From Camelus dromedarius (Eukaryota): a DNA stretch of 64,000 bases. The stretch is from contig NC_087436.1 of assembly GCF_036321535.1 (NCBI RefSeq), positions 81,842,001-81,906,000 on the forward strand, given 5' to 3'. Numbering within the stretch: position 1 is the stretch's first letter; each line of letters opens with the position of its first letter. A program made the position numbers and the translations under genes. Shown one piece after another: positions 27,501 to 41,800 of this stretch. The notes beneath the pieces were generated by a model that was not told the DNA's origin, did no database searches, and saw only the letters and a program-made list of their open reading frames with translations.

Positions 27501-30500
27501 GAGTGCTGCTGCATCTCCTTTTTTTCCCAAGATTTTTATATGAAATCTCTCCAATTTGTGAAGTCTTCCTGTTTATAGATACTGGCCACAAATTCACACT
27601 TTTGTAAAATAATGATGTGGTCATTGCTTTATAGGCCAAACACCACATGTCTGCAGGCCAAGTAAATCCCCTGGGCAACCTGTGCCCTAGATTATCTTAA
27701 CCACCTTACACTTGTATGAGCTTGCCGTATTTTGTTTTGACATTTATTAAAGGATAATAATGATAATAATGCTTCCAGCTGTCTGCTTTGATTGATATTT
27801 CACTTTAGCATATTAGTTAAGTAAACATTGGATTTTTGAGTAGGAAGAAAGAAAAGAACAAGACTGTTTCTTAAAATATATAGAGGACAATGTCTGGTGT
27901 GTAAATGTATCAAATACTTGGTTTCCATGATATTTCTTAGAAACATTTCATTCTCAACCCCTTTCTTTCTCAAAGTCTGTCATTCTTCCTTCCTTTCTCC
28001 TGCCTGTACATTCAGTATCTCCATACTCCCCCCATGAATGTTCTTTTCATTTGCGAGAGTTCTAAAAGAAAAATCCTTCGTATAGAAGCTCTATAGAATG
28101 AAAATTACTTTGTGACTTACTTAGCCGCACGAACTTCTAGGCATTCTTCTCCACAGCATTAAAATTCCTTAGCCTTCATACTGTTTCTTTCAAATGTGCT
28201 TTTTAAACAGAAGAATGACTGCCTTTAAGGCAGTCAGTGAAAAGACTCACACAGTAACAATCTAAAGGGGCAGCCTCATAACCACGTAAGATTTGACCCC
28301 AATCCATCAGGGATAATTGAATTGAGATGCCATTTACAGTGGTTTAGTACAGAGAAATAAACATAATAAACCAGCAAAACTTCTGCTTCTAGCCAAGATG
28401 GAGTAACAGGGACAAGATTTATCTGACAACTAAAATTGTATAAAGTATTAGAAACAACAATTTTCAAGACACTGGACATCAGGCAATGAAAGAGTGATAT
28501 CCTTGAGAGTTGGAAACAAGGTGAACCTTAGCGATGGCTTAGCTTACTAACCTGAGAGCGTTTCTAGGCCTGTGGTGTAAGGAATAGGAAACCAGATGGA
28601 GAATGGTAGACACCCTGAATTCAGGGCATATTGCTGAAAAGTCTAGGGAGACTAAGGCAGCTAGAGTTAACAGGACAGAGTAGTGGAGAGGTAAGAACAG
28701 CACAGAGAAGGAACCCCAGGGATCTAGAGGTTCCCCTTCGTATTCATCTGAGAACTCAGTACACACATGCATGTGGGGAAACTTCTTGAGCTGTAAAGGA
28801 ACCATACAAAAGGATTAGAGGGAACAATATTTGTGTATTCCAGCAGGGCTGGAAATAGTGCCTATTTCCACAAACCAGACTGGAAAACCTCAAGATTCAC
28901 AGGACATTAGGTAGAGTACACAGAAGAATCTTGCACCTAAAATGAGCCCTACACTGAGCATTGCTCTGGGCCAGAATAACAAATCTTAAAAGCTAGACCC
29001 AAAAGGATCAAACTTAAAAGTTTTCAAATAATTTACCTTCACCTCAAGCAAAACTCAAGAATATTTATAAACATACTCTATATCCAACATGGTGAAATTG
29101 ACAATATATGGCATCCAATACAAAATTTCCAGGCATGCAAAGAAACAGGGAAATACAATCTATGATGAGAATATAAATCAATCAAACTGACTCTGAACTG
29201 ACAGAGGTTAGAATTAGCAGATAAATACATTAAAATGATTTTATAAGTGTATTCCGTATGTGCAAAAGTTAGTAGCAACAGAATGAGCTACTAAATATGA
29301 TAACTATAATGTCTGAGATGAAAAATATGTGGGATGGGATTAATGGCAGATTAAACGTTACAGGAGAAAAAATTAGTAACTTGAAGACATACCTGTAAAA
29401 TTATTCAAAATGAAACACAGAGGAAAATAATTTTAAAAAATAAACAGAACACCAGTGAATTGTGGGATAACTTCAAGTGGCCTAATATACCTGAAATTTG
29501 AGTCCCTAAAGGAGGGAAGAAAGAAGGCCATGATGAAAAAAATATTTGAATAAATAATGGCTGAAGCTTTTCCAAATTTGATGAAAACTCTAAACACACA
29601 GATTCAGAATCTTAATGAACCCCAAGCGTGAGGAACATGAAGACAATTACACCAAGGTACATCATGTTCAAGCTGTTCAAAACCTGTGATAAAGAGACAA
29701 TCTTAAAGGCAGCCAAAGAAAAAGAGGAACAAAGATAAGGATGGCAGTGTACTTCTTGTCAGAAAGAGTGCAAACAAGAAGACAGTGCAACAACTTCGTT
29801 AAGGTGCTGAAAGAAACTGTCAACCTAGAATTTCTCTACCCAATGAAAATCTTTTAAAAATGAAGTGAAATAGGCTTTTACAGAGGTATGGTAGCTGAAA
29901 GAATTCATCCCAGCAGAAATGTTGAAGCCCTTCAGACAGAAAAGAAGTGATACCAAATAGATACCAAGTGAAAATGCTAATTACAGTAGAAAGTACAGAT
30001 TTTTTAAAAATATTTAAATGTCTTTAAAAGGTAATCTATAAAAGGCTGAGAAAAGTAGACTAATAGGCCTACTCTATAAGAATCCCCCAAAATTCAATAA
30101 TGAAACATTAATGGCTAACATTTTGAGCACTTACCTTGGGCAGAGAGTTTTACTTACATCATTTCATTTAATCCACCTAGCAACCCTTTACTTAAGTACC
30201 ATTATTATTTTCCTATTACAAATGAGGAAAGTAAACTATAGGAGGGTGAAATAACTTGCCAAGATTATGCAACTGTTAAATGAATGAGCAAGGACTTAAA
30301 CTCATTCTGTCTGACTCTAAAGCTTAGGTACTTTACCATTTCTTTACACTGCCTTCCCAGGGAAGGAGCAAATAGTATAGGACATTTGATCACAGGTCAG
30401 AGAAGATCAAGTAAAGAGTCAAAGAGGAAGGAAAGAGATGCTGGCAGACAGCTTGGCAGATATCATCAATTCCTTTTGTACGTATCAGATTATCCTAGTT

Positions 30501-31114
30501 GAATGGTCAAGAACACTCAACGTGGCAGCTTTAACTCTCATACTTTTTATCTAATGTTTTTTAAATATAACATTTACACAGATATGGGAGCCAATAAGTT
30601 TGGATGTCTGTTTTTAGCTTCACGTAGTTCAGAATGTGCCCTCTGGAGTTATGCAAGGGGGAAAGCATACCCTTGTCTGTCCAGGGAGGTGATGAATCTC
30701 TCTGTGCAGAGAGCCGGCTCTTATATCACTTCAGCCAGGTCTCTCACCAGTTAGTTAGACTACAGTCTTAAGATATTTAATAATTTTTCACTTTCATTTT
30801 TAAATAATAGTTGTAACATTTTATGACTTGACTTACAAGATCAGCTAACTGTAAAAAAAAAAAAAATGTTTTTATTTGTACCAAGAATAACAGTGTTGAA
30901 GTTACATGGGAGTGGTTTAAAAATACCTATAGATAAAGATTGGTACTTTTTTTTAATGTGCTTGTAATTTCTTATGTGCAAAAAACTTTTCCTTTTCTTT
31001 TTAAAGGTAATTGATTTTTAAGCAAAAATAATAATGTAGTATGGAATTTATAACACATGTAAAAGTAAAATGCATGGCAATAGCACAAAGGTTAAGAGGA
31101 GGGAAATGGAAGTA

Positions 31115-31309
31115 CAGTTCACCCTTGAACAGCACAGATTTGAACCACATTGGTCCACTTACATGCAAATTTTTCAGCAGTAAATACAATGGCACTATGT
31201 GATCTGCAGCTGATTGAATCTGTGGATATGGTGGGCTAAGTTATACACAGATTTTCAACTGCACAGAAGGTCAGTGCCCCTAATCCCTGTGTTGTTCAAG
31301 GGTCAACTG
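31115..31309. mobile_element. Tigger2/MER8-like MITE
   Basis: 23-bp terminal inverted repeats with 2 mismatches (cagttcacccttgaacagcacag / ctgtgttgttcaagggtcaactg), flanked by TA on both sides. Confidence 0.9.
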
Positions 31310-31403
31310 TATACGATTGTGAGTTCTTATATGAAATGATATAATATCATGTGACGGTAGACTGGAATAAGTTAAAGATGTGTACTATAAATTGTATAGC
31401 GAT

Positions 31404-31504
31404 GGGGGGAGGGTATAGCTTAGTGGTAAGAGCATGTGCTTAGCATGCATGAGGTCCTGGGTTCAATCCCCCATACCTCCATTAAATAAAGAAATAAATA
31501 AACC
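31404..31504 (+). mobile_element. tRNA-derived SINE (camelid Vic-1-like)
   Basis: GGGGAGGGTATAGCTTAGTGGT (A box) ... GGTTCAATCCC (B box), A-rich 3' end. TSD taaattgtatagc[g/a]at at 31388-31403 and 31505-31520. Confidence 0.9.
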
Positions 31505-32523
31505 TAAATTGTATAGCAATAAGTAAAATAACAGAGTTATAGCTAAAAGCTAACTAAAGAGATAAAATGGAATCATAAAAATCATTGTTAATCTAAAGGC
31601 AGGAAAAGAAAAAAAGGGGTGGGAGGAAAAACAGGACAAATAAAAAACAAATAGCAAAACAATAAATCCAACTATATCAATAATCATATTAAATGGCTTA
31701 GACACCCTAATTAAAAAGGCAGAACTTGTCAGATTGTATTAAAAAATCAACAGCAAACTATATGCAATCATGGTTAAAAGTAAAAGGATGGAAAAGATAT
31801 ACCATGTTAACACTCATTAAAAGAGAACTGGCTGTATTAATATCAAACAAAGTAGATCGCAGGACAAAGAATGTTACCAGGATGAAAAAATACCATTTTA
31901 TAATGACAGCAGGGTTCATCGATCAAGAAGATTTAAGAGTCCTAAACATTTATACTCTTAATAACAGAGCTTCAAAATACTTGAAGCAAAAACAGAACTG
32001 CAAGTGAAAATTGACAAATCCACAGTTGTAGTTGGAGATTTCAATATGTCTCTCTCAGGAACTGACAAAACAAGTACAGACATACCTTGGAGATACTGTG
32101 GGCTCCGTTTCCTTTTATCATTTCTTGGTGAAGTTATTTTTTGGTTTGACTTTTAAGAATTTCCTTTACCTTTGACAGAATACTTTTGTCATAGTCAATT
32201 AGTCAATTCAAATAAAAAAAAACATTTGGGATTTTCAGATAAATGTAATCACTTTGGTCTTTTACAAAGAAACAAAAGCCATAAGAATTTATTTCCTGAT
32301 ATGAAGTTTATGCAGTGTTGGCCACAGATTAAAACAGAGCAGTCCTGTAATGGAGAATGTAAAACTTGGTTATCCAAAAATCTCAGTACTAAAAGAATGG
32401 TACCAATTCCAGTAAGATATTGTTGATTTTGGAAATACCTCTAACATTAGACAGCTGAGATATAGACGTAGGTTTAAGAAAGCTGAAATGCCCTTCATAA
32501 AACAGCAGACTTAAAAATTACGC

Positions 32524-32616
32524 TTTTTTTTTTTTTTAGTGGAGGTACTGGGGATTGAACCCAAGACCTCTTGCATGCTAATCATGAGCTCTACCACTGC
32601 GCTATACCCACCCCCC
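32524..32616 (-). mobile_element. tRNA-derived SINE (Vic-1-like)
   Basis: Reverse complement GGGTATAGCGCAGTGGTAGAGC...GGGTTCAATCCCCAGTACCTCC followed by polyA. Confidence 0.88.
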
Positions 32617-33829
32617 ACCATGCTTGGTTTTTGAATGAAGAAAAGACCTGTTAGGGATATAATTGCACTGCTTCCCTAAGATGTAATTACTAATGGAAGT
32701 AAGAGATGGTCATCCAGGTTCTGATTATTCACTAACAAGTTTGAATCTGCTACTGAATTGCATATTAATACTAAGATATAATTTAGTACACATTTGTTCT
32801 TAGCTTTTTTTTTTTCCCCCACCAAGAGCTTAAGAATTAATTGACCTATTAGGACTGACTTTCTCATGGTCTACTGATCGGAACTAGAAGTTATGTTTTG
32901 TTGATATAAGTGAAATTTTAGAAGGCATATGCTATTGAACTGATTTTGTTTTCCTTAACTGAACACTTTTAAGTTAAGACTTGGCTCACTTCCTGATAGT
33001 ACAGATGCAAAAATTGCATAGTGACTATGCTAGTAAAGTTTGGCAAGTCATTTTTTAAGTTGAACTATAAAAATGGTCAAATATTGTCAATTTCATATAC
33101 TGCAGCCTCATAGTTGAGTATATTTCTACAATACAGGTACAAAGTGTTTTTTATTCAGTAGAATATTTGTGTAACTCTGTTTTGATTCTCATTTCCATTC
33201 CTTGCTATCTGTCAGTCTTCAGACTTAACTACTTATATAAAAAGCAGGAAGCAACTTGTCTGAAAATGACTGACGTATTAACTTGCATTCATTAGACCAT
33301 TTTATAGACAATATAATGTTAGACTTGGAACGCATGTTAGAGGTCACCTAAGGCCACCCCACGCACCTAACATAGGAAAATTTGACAACCCTACCTAATA
33401 GTTATTTCCCTCTGCTTGGCCACTTTAGAACATTACCTCAAGAGTTTTTCTATATTGTTAGAAAGTCTATATTTTGAACTGAAGATTACCTAATTTTAAC
33501 TGATTGGTCTCAATTCTGCATTCTGTTAGAAATACTATAAAAAGACTACTCCTTCCAGAGGGCAAATGTTTTAACATTGGAGGATAGGCATGTTCTACTC
33601 CTGCTCTCATCCCGAAGAGAAGCAGTCCCAGCTGTTCCCAGTTGTAGTCATAGACTCAAAATCTTAAGATTTGAGAAACTTTAAGGATTATTCCAGTGGT
33701 TATCAGATGTACAAGATCTATGCTGCTGTCAATTTGAATTCCCCACATTGTCTGATGCAGTGCCTTTTAAATAATGAGCACTAAATAAATCTTTATTATA
33801 TAAATGTGAGACTAAGAGAATAAATGGAG

Positions 33830-34930
33830 TTTAAGTTTATTCAGTCAGTCAGTAAAAATTTTTGAGAATCTGCTTTGTACCAGGCACTATCCTAGACATT
33901 TAGGTATACACCAATTAACAAGAGACCAAATTTTCTGTTTTCATGAGTTTTGTATTTGGCTGTGAGAAACATTCAATAATAATTAAATCTATAATATAGC
34001 ATCAGGTATTGTAAATGCTGTGAAGCATTATAAAATTGGATAAGGGTGTGGAGAAAATTAGGGACTGGGTATTTAAGGAAAATCTTTCTGTGAATTAATA
34101 GTCAGTCAAGAGCTGAATAAAGCAAGGAGGTTAAGCCCTGTGGATATTTGAGGCGGGGATGGTATAGACAAATGCAAGGGCTTGCATCACCGTTGCTGGG
34201 GTTGAGTGTGTCAGAACTGAAGGGAAGAATGAGTGGGTGAGGTGTAGAGGTAGCCTGGGGAAAAATCATGTAGGGAACTGTAAGCCTGAATAGGGAGCTG
34301 AGATTTCATTCCACGTGATGGGAAACCATGAAGCAGAGTGACATTATTAGATCTACATTTAAAAAGGATCACTCTTGGGAGGAGACTACAGGGGCAAGAG
34401 GGGAAGCAAAAAGACCGTTTATAACCTCATTGTTGTAGTTTTCTAGACTTTCACCGTTCACTATGGTAGCCACAAGTTACATGTGACAGCTTAAGTTAAA
34501 ATTAAATAAAATTTAAAAATTCAGTTCCTTTCTTGCACTAGCCCCATTTCAAGGGCTCAGCAGTCACGTATGGCTATTGACTTTACTGTGTTGGACAGCA
34601 CAAATGTAAGATATATCTATCATCAGAGGTTTTATTGCAGAACACTGTTGTAGACAATACAGAGTAGCCAGTAGAGGTCTCAAAACTTACCAAATATATT
34701 CAAGATATATTTTGAAAGAAGAGCTAACAGATTGGATGTGGGATATGAGGAAAAGATAGAAATCAGGTGACTCCAAACTGCAAAGTTTGGGGCCTGAATA
34801 AATTGGCTCAGTTCCATTTCAAAATGGGGAATGTTGGAAGAGAGGTTTAGTGTTGAAATCAAGAATTCAGTTTTTGATTTGATAAATGATATGCCTGTTA
34901 GGTAGACTGAGTGTAAGATAAGGATCACTG
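33830..34930 (-). mobile_element. LINE-2 fragment, interrupted by the MER3-like element
   Basis: attcagtcagtcag tail, tgtaccaggcact, aaaaggatcactct and gattggatgtggg motifs. Confidence 0.75.
34445..34650. mobile_element. MER3/MER33-like hAT element (related copies at about 14940-15110 and 61350-61830)
   Basis: aaattaaataaaatttaaaaattcagttcc...cactagcc...atttcaag motif shared by the three loci. Confidence 0.7.
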
Positions 34931-37823
34931 AATTTGGCAACATGGACATTGTTAGTCTGTAAGATTTTTTTCAAAGTACTAATTTTTCTATTTATTATTT
35001 GCCCTGTGATAATTAGGTCTGTGTACTATGCACTTTTCCTATAAATGAGGATGGAGTTGTTCAGTGTGTAAATTACATCAGAAAAGTATTCAAAAAACTT
35101 TCAATTTAAGAAGGTTGAACAGATTTATCAAATTAATTTCTTTAGTCTCTGCTTAAATGATAGTAGAGAAATTAAAATGCTAAAAACTCAGTAAAAAAGT
35201 GAACAGATGAGGGTTTATCTGCTTATAGAAAAAAATCAAGCATTTTTAAATGATCATAAGGAGTAAAGTTACCTGAGGAAGCAAAGTGGAAGAAATCAAG
35301 CACAGAAAATGAACAGAATGGGATAGAAAAGGGTGGACTCATTTCGTCCCAGAGAACCCTGGAGAGGCGTCGGATTCAGAAACATTAAGTATGAAGGGGA
35401 GCAGGAGTGGAATGTGCTACTGGAACAAAGAGTGAATTGAAAGATTTAATATGTATTATTAGTGCTTCCGTTTTTTTTTTAAGTCTATTAAATTACTAGT
35501 ATATTAAGGAATATTTAACATCAATCAGTGAAGATTCAAAGTATACACAGCGTATCTTTTTTTGTTTATATTTTTCAAAGCATTGAACAAAAATTCAAGA
35601 CACTTTGTGCATTGATCATGTCCTCCTTGTATGCTGAATCCCTATTTATGTTTCATTTTGAGGAGAAAAACCCAGATACATGTCTCACATGGCATAAGTA
35701 GGAAGGAGTGGAGGGTATTAGAGTGGAATATTAAATATGAAAGAGTCATTTTGGGGCTCTTCCTCTCCCTTTTCTTTTCCTTTGCCTCAGACACAAGGGG
35801 AAATTAGGAAGAATTACTTTTTTAGCTACATGATAATGTAAATTCAGTATAATTAAATCCACTACCTCACTCTTTTCTATGCCCCACCCCAGTTCTCTCT
35901 GTAATTCCCAGAGGGGAAACTGCTCTGCCTGAATTTAGGCCGGTTAGAAAGAGGAGAAAGTTATGCTCTGGTTTAGGGAAAAGCATCTTGTAAAAATACT
36001 GTTCCTTTTATTAGGCAGGGAAACATAAGATGTATATAAATAAACACATTTTGTGATGTAATTGGAATATTACATTTAATTGAAGTATGGTATATGTTTC
36101 ATTATATCATCAATGTTGGCTGTTTAGACTTGAGGTGCCGATGTTTAGTTATGACTCATGAAATTGGGAGAAAGAGGTTCTAGGATTCCACAAATAGCCC
36201 GTAAGTGTTAATGAGCCTGTTAACTGAACCATCTTGCTAAGTCATCCATTTTTCCTCAATAGAATTTTTTTAAGCTGGTGTTTTCCTTTACTTTGTTTTT
36301 TCATTTGCATACAGCTATCATACTATTTGCCATATCCTAATGCTATTTACTTATATTTTTTAAATATCCCATTTTTATGCTTGAATTTATTTGTTTAAAA
36401 TGGAAACCTTAGATCAGTATTATTTTCTTCAATGGAAAACCAGTAAAATGTTCTGTAAGTAAACGGGAAGTACAAAAGTCAGTATCATTTTGAAATATGC
36501 GAGTGTAATGATGTCATCAGGCTATAATAGAGTGGCCTGCCTGTGCAGCGGTGCCCCACGCTTAGGACATGTCTCTATTTGTTGAAAGAGGAGATGAGCA
36601 AATAAAACAAAGTAACTCGCATTAAACTGGGACTTTCTCCATGACCTAATCAGGAGTATTGAAAGAAAATTTAAACAGTAACTTGCTTATTGTGGAATTC
36701 AATTTTCTAAGATTTAGCTGCAGAAATTCTCTCTCACCACCAGCATTAGTCTTAGAAAAGCTCCACCTTAAGCCAAATGTAATAATCAAAGATGTTAGAA
36801 AAGACATTAAGAAATAAGGAAGTGTGATGTGATAGGAGTTGAATTTTGGGTCTCTTCCCACTGAAAAATCTCAGGATATGGAAGGCTTCCAGAGTGTCTC
36901 TCTTCCCTATCTGGGTTTTAATGCAGCTTCAGCATGTTTGCTTACTAAAACAGCAAGCAAAGCTTTTTCCTTTTTTAAGTCTAAATTTTCATTTGTGGTA
37001 GATATTGAAAAAATCAAAGAGCTTGAGTTTCCTTTCTTATCTGTAGGTTAAACCCATCTCAGGCTAGTGTACTTGCAAATGCAGCCTACATTCCCCTTTT
37101 CTTCGTCAAAGTTCCATCTGTGAGCTGCCAGGACTGAACTATCCAGTTTATTTTTTGTATTTCTTCATTGAAATCTCTCACTAATCTAATTCTTAATAAT
37201 AATAACTAACATTTATTAAGCAATTATTGTGTGCCAGGCACTTGTTCAAAGACTGTTGCATGTTTAAACCCAGCAATCACCATTTTTCAGATGAAGAAAT
37301 TCATAGTGCATAAGTTCACATCTCAGCTCCACTATTTACTAGGTATATGGTTTTGAACAATTTATTTAATCTCTGTGCCTCAGTTCCCCATTTGTAGTAT
37401 GGAATAATCATAGTATTCATGGAATAGTAACTCATAGAATTATTGAAATAATACAGTAATTTCCTGTGCTACCCAACAGAACTGTTAAAGAGCTAAGTGT
37501 CTCTTGCTTAGTATACTCAGTGTGCCATTAGCTCATTTCAAAATCCAGACAAAACTTTCTTGTTGGGTTCTTTTTGTTTTGTTTTGTTTTTGCAGTTTGG
37601 CATTGAAGGAAAAAAAGATATTCTATAACTTGCAAAGTTCTTACAACAGGACTGAGGGGAATAAAGATACTTGTCCTTCCTGTTTTGGGAGACATTGGAA
37701 GAAGTTTCCTTACTGGTTATTTTGACAAGTTGCTTTTCCTGTCAAGTTACGAGTAGAAAGAACCAAAGTTTAGTGATGATTTTCCTTATGAGTATGTAAT
37801 ATTTGAGATTTGAGTTGATACAT

Positions 37824-37834
37824 ATATTTATATA

Positions 37835-37866
<32 letters not shown>
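37824..37866 (+). repeat. (TA)n/(TG)n microsatellite
   Basis: tatatatatatgtgtgtatatatatatatatatat. Confidence 0.85.
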
Positions 37867-37867
<1 letters not shown>

Positions 37868-40329
37868 TTTTAAACAGTATCAATAATTTAGCGTCTGTTC
37901 TTAGATAAACTGTTTCACAAAATTAAGTCTCTTTAACCAAAGCCCAGTTTCAAATGAGGTTGTTTGGAAATTAAGAACTTTAAAAAGAGAAAAGAAAACT
38001 ATACCCCTTGAGCCCTGTAGTGGAATGATCTAGTACAGTATTTGTGTGGTACCCCTAATTTAAAAGTTAGCTTTTTTAAAAAATGAAAATGGAACTGTTC
38101 CAGAAGAGTACTGAAAGTTGAGAACATGACCAGGCACTTCATCCATTTAGATACATGAAATCTTTTGTTTACATGAGGACTACAGAGGTGTTTTTGAGGG
38201 TGTTCCATCCGTTTAGGCTATGATGTCACTAACATTACATATGCTATAAATGACAAGCAAAAAGTGTTACACAACATATTCTTTGAATCATAATGCTCAT
38301 ATATACTAGATCACATTCTCCTTGAGTAATGAACACAGAACATAATTAACTCACAGCTATGCTCAGTAATCAGATGCCAGTTCTTAAGTCTTCTTTGTGC
38401 AATCCAGATTACCAAAGTGCTCGCCATCTGCAGTTACTCTTAGATATTCTCAAATAGATAAAGTCACTGCTCTGGAGGTGATTTTAGAAGTGACTATCAA
38501 GTAACTATTACTACTTTGCAGTCCCAGCTCTGTTTCCCTCTAAATACTTGAGTGTTTACAACTAAATGATGACTGCTGAAGATTGCCTCTCTTTTTGTTT
38601 AGGTATCTGTTGTCTCTGGAAACCTCTGCTGTGTTTCTTTTGAATCCTTTCCTGTTTCTCGGCTTATTAAATTCCTTACATTCAGAAGGCAGACAAAGCC
38701 TGGGCCAGGTTACTCATGTAGGGTTCACGCCACAGGCCGTGAACATAGACAGAAAGTCCTTTGTTGAGGATGTGGCCACTTTAATAATTAGTGGGTCAAA
38801 ACCCCTTATATTTACAATAGACAATTGAATATTTAATGTTAAGAAATTTTAATCTATATTTTGGAGGGGGAAAAAAAGCCCTTAAATATAATCTTGACTT
38901 TACCATATAAATTTTAATTGGATTCAATTCTACCCTCGTGTCCCTAGAATTACGCCAAAATGATCCCAAAGATATAAAGCTAGTGAGCCTCTTTAGTGAA
39001 ACATATGTTCACAATCCTTTATGTGCAATTCCAGAATCCAAAAAGATCTGAAAAAGGAAAAGTATTTTCATACCTTATTTAGCAGCATACCCGACCTGAG
39101 GTTTTTGGATGATGAAACCTGACTTGAACTGACTGAGACTATTTACAGTTTTTATTTATCCTATTTAGTATGAATATTAGTAAGCTTGCTGCAGAAATGT
39201 TACTGTGTTGGATTACTGAATGCTGATTCAGACCTTTGCTGGTGTTTTGTAATATACAGTGTAAGTGCGGCATTACTGGCAAGAGTTTCTCATAAGTGAC
39301 TGGGCACCTGCATGTAGTAAGAGTAACATAAGAGGTAGAGGGAAGCCAGATTTTTTTTTTCTTTCTCGTTCTCTTGCTGCTGCTCCTTTGTCATTCATCT
39401 TTTTTTCCTTTCCCCTCCTTCATGCCCTTCTCTCTTTTCTCTTCTTCTTCCTAACAATCAGTAGCTATAACCCAACTAGCAATATCAGATGATCAGATGT
39501 GTTAAGAGTTCTGTCCTTAGTCCATTTTAATTGACCTTAATAAGTTGTGTAGTTCATCATTTATAGTAGAATCCGTAACATACAGAACTTTAAAGAAACA
39601 CTATTCTTTCTTAAAATCGTCTCTGCTTTGTGTCTTCAAAAAGTCATTTGACTTAATATTGCAACCCAGTTATTTGCTCGTTTTATTTTCTTTCTTCAAG
39701 TTGCACATTGAATAATTACCACACAGCTTAGTAAAATTCTTTTAAATTTGTCTTCAGACTGGTACAGGTTGGAAGATAGGGCCATTGCCTTATTTCATGC
39801 TCTATGGACTAGTCTGAACATAAATTATGAGTTTTGCTTTTTTTATAATTTATTTTAGCTTAGTTTTTTTCTGCTAATGTTAATAAAGACTAATTCTTCA
39901 AAAACAGATACTGTAGTTTTGCAAGAGATAATTATAGAAAGCAGAATGTAGGCTTATGGAGAGACTTTGGTAATAAATAAATACATAAAATCCTTTTAAA
40001 AGTTAGCAAATGAAGGCTAGAAAAACCATACCTATCTGCTATCCATTTAATTCATCTGTTTCTGGTGATGGGCTTCTAGGGTTTAAAATGAGAAAAAAAA
40101 ATGGACTTTAAAAGTATAACCAATTTGGGTTCAACAAATCAGTGGTGTAAAATAACTAAGGAATTACTGTTTTAGATGAAAAGAGACACACAATGTGTGG
40201 ACCTTGTTTAGATTCTGACTTGAACAGGTATAATTTAAAACACCAAACCAATTCTGAGATAATCAGGGATTTCTCTAAGAGGTCCGTTTGGAGCAAAGCC
40301 ACTCCTACTCAGACTCCTTTTCTGATTAG

Positions 40330-41356
40330 TCCTCATTCCTCTGCCCTTGGGTATTTCTTCTGTCTTCACGTACTGCCTTAGGGATCACATAACATTTCAG
40401 GGCTTTAAAATACCATCTGTATACTGACAAACTCCATATATGTGTACCTCCATCTCAGAATTCTCCCATTAACTCCAGACTCATATATCCAGCTAAGTAT
40501 CTCGCATCTTCACTGGAATGTCTAATCAGCACTGCAGACTTAACGTATACAAATTGAACTCTGAAACTTCTTCAAAACAAACTCCTCGCACAGCCTTCTC
40601 CATCTTGGTTAACGACAACTCTATCGTGCCCCTTTCTCAGGGCACAGAACATCCATATCAGCAAATCCTTCGGGGCGTTCCTTCAAAATATTACCAAAAT
40701 TTGATCACTTCCCAGCTGTCCCACAGCTATCATCTTGGGCTAAGCTACCACCATTCCTTGCCTGGATTTTTGCCAATTGTCTCCTTGCTTCTGCCCTTGC
40801 CCTTCTGTAGTCTGTTCTCAAAACAGCAGCCAAGAGTGATCCTTTTAAAACAGCTCAGGTCGTATCTCTCAAACCCTTCCAGTGAGCTTTCCATTTCAGT
40901 GTTCATGCCAGAGTTTTTTCAGTGGCCCGGAAGAATCTATATAGTTTATCTTCCGTTTTCTCTTCCTCTCACTCAGTGTTTCTCCTTGGTGTTCTCCTGA
41001 CTCAGGGCTTTTTCACTTTCTGCCCAGAATGTTCTTTCCCAGATATCTCTGCTTTGCTTACGCTCCTTTAGATCTTTGTCCTAACAACAAATTCTCACCA
41101 AGGACTCTTACTTGACTATTTTATTTGAAATCTATACCCTCTAACCTCTGTGGTATTCATTAGCCCTCCTGTGGAGTTATTTTCCTCTACAGCTTTATTC
41201 TCTTCTATTTATTTATTTATTGTCTCTCTCTTCTGATAGGATGTAAACTCTGTAGGACTTGGTGATTTTGTCTGGTTTTTTCACTGCCGTGTCTTCAGTG
41301 TCTAAAAGGGTGTCTGGCTTAGAGTGGGTCTCAATAAATATTTGTTGATTTAATGA
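40330..41356 (+). mobile_element. LINE-2 (L2a-like) 3' portion
   Basis: ctccagactcatatatcc, acagcagccaagagtgatccttttaaaa, ending ctcaataaatatttgttga. Confidence 0.85.
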
Positions 41357-41489
41357 ATAAAAATCTAGCACTTGCCAATGCCTAGAACATAACAGTTTTC
41401 ATAAATATTTAAATGAATGAATGAGTGGTTAAATAATCTAGTTGATCATATCATTCTCTCCCAATCAATTTGACTCTCTTCTAGCTTTC

Positions 41490-41800
41490 TTTTTTTTAAC
41501 TTTTTTTTTTAATTGAAGTATAGTTGATGTACAATATTTTGTAAGTTTCAGGTGTCCAACTTAATGAGTCATAATTCCTAAAAGTTATACTCTATTTACA
41601 GTTATTATAAACTATTGTTTGTAGTCCTTGTGTTGTACAACATGTACTTGTAACTTGTTTATTTTATACGTAGTAGTTTTTACCTCTTAATTTCCTACCC
41701 CTATCCTACTCTTTCCCCCTTCCCTCTCCCCACTGGTAACCACTAAGTTGTTCTCGTATTTGTGAGTCTGTTTCTTTCTGTTATATTCACTAGTTTGTTG
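41490..41800 (-). mobile_element. LINE-1 3' end fragment
   Basis: T-run, then attgaagtatagttgatgtacaat...ctggtaaccactaagttgttctc. Confidence 0.8.

Larger units (their letters stand above)
28380..32075 (+). mobile_element. Old LINE-1 (L1M) 5' UTR, ORF1 and start of ORF2; degenerate and interrupted by later insertions
   Basis: ccaagatggagtaacagggac 5' motif; ORF1-like remnants at 29300-29940; endonuclease remnants at 31690-32075 (LKVKGWK, IDQEDLRVLNIYTLNNRASKYLKQK, gttggagatttcaat). Confidence 0.8.

Noticed and set aside
31404..31480. Possible tRNA gene (also 24070-24149, 32540-32616, 63010-63088)
   Set aside because: A/B boxes are present, but the A-rich tails, TSDs and divergent dispersed copies indicate SINEs rather than functional tRNAs.
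31726..32007. 93-aa ORF with L1 endonuclease similarity
   Set aside because: Fragment of a decayed L1 ORF2, with deletions and stops on both sides.
36152..36158. AP-1 site TGACTCA (others near 57539 and 3029)
   Set aside because: 7-mers are expected several times by chance in 64 kb; no supporting cluster or conservation data.
40518..41000. 160-aa plus-strand ORF
   Set aside because: Lies wholly within a degenerate L2 element; no evidence of exaptation visible.
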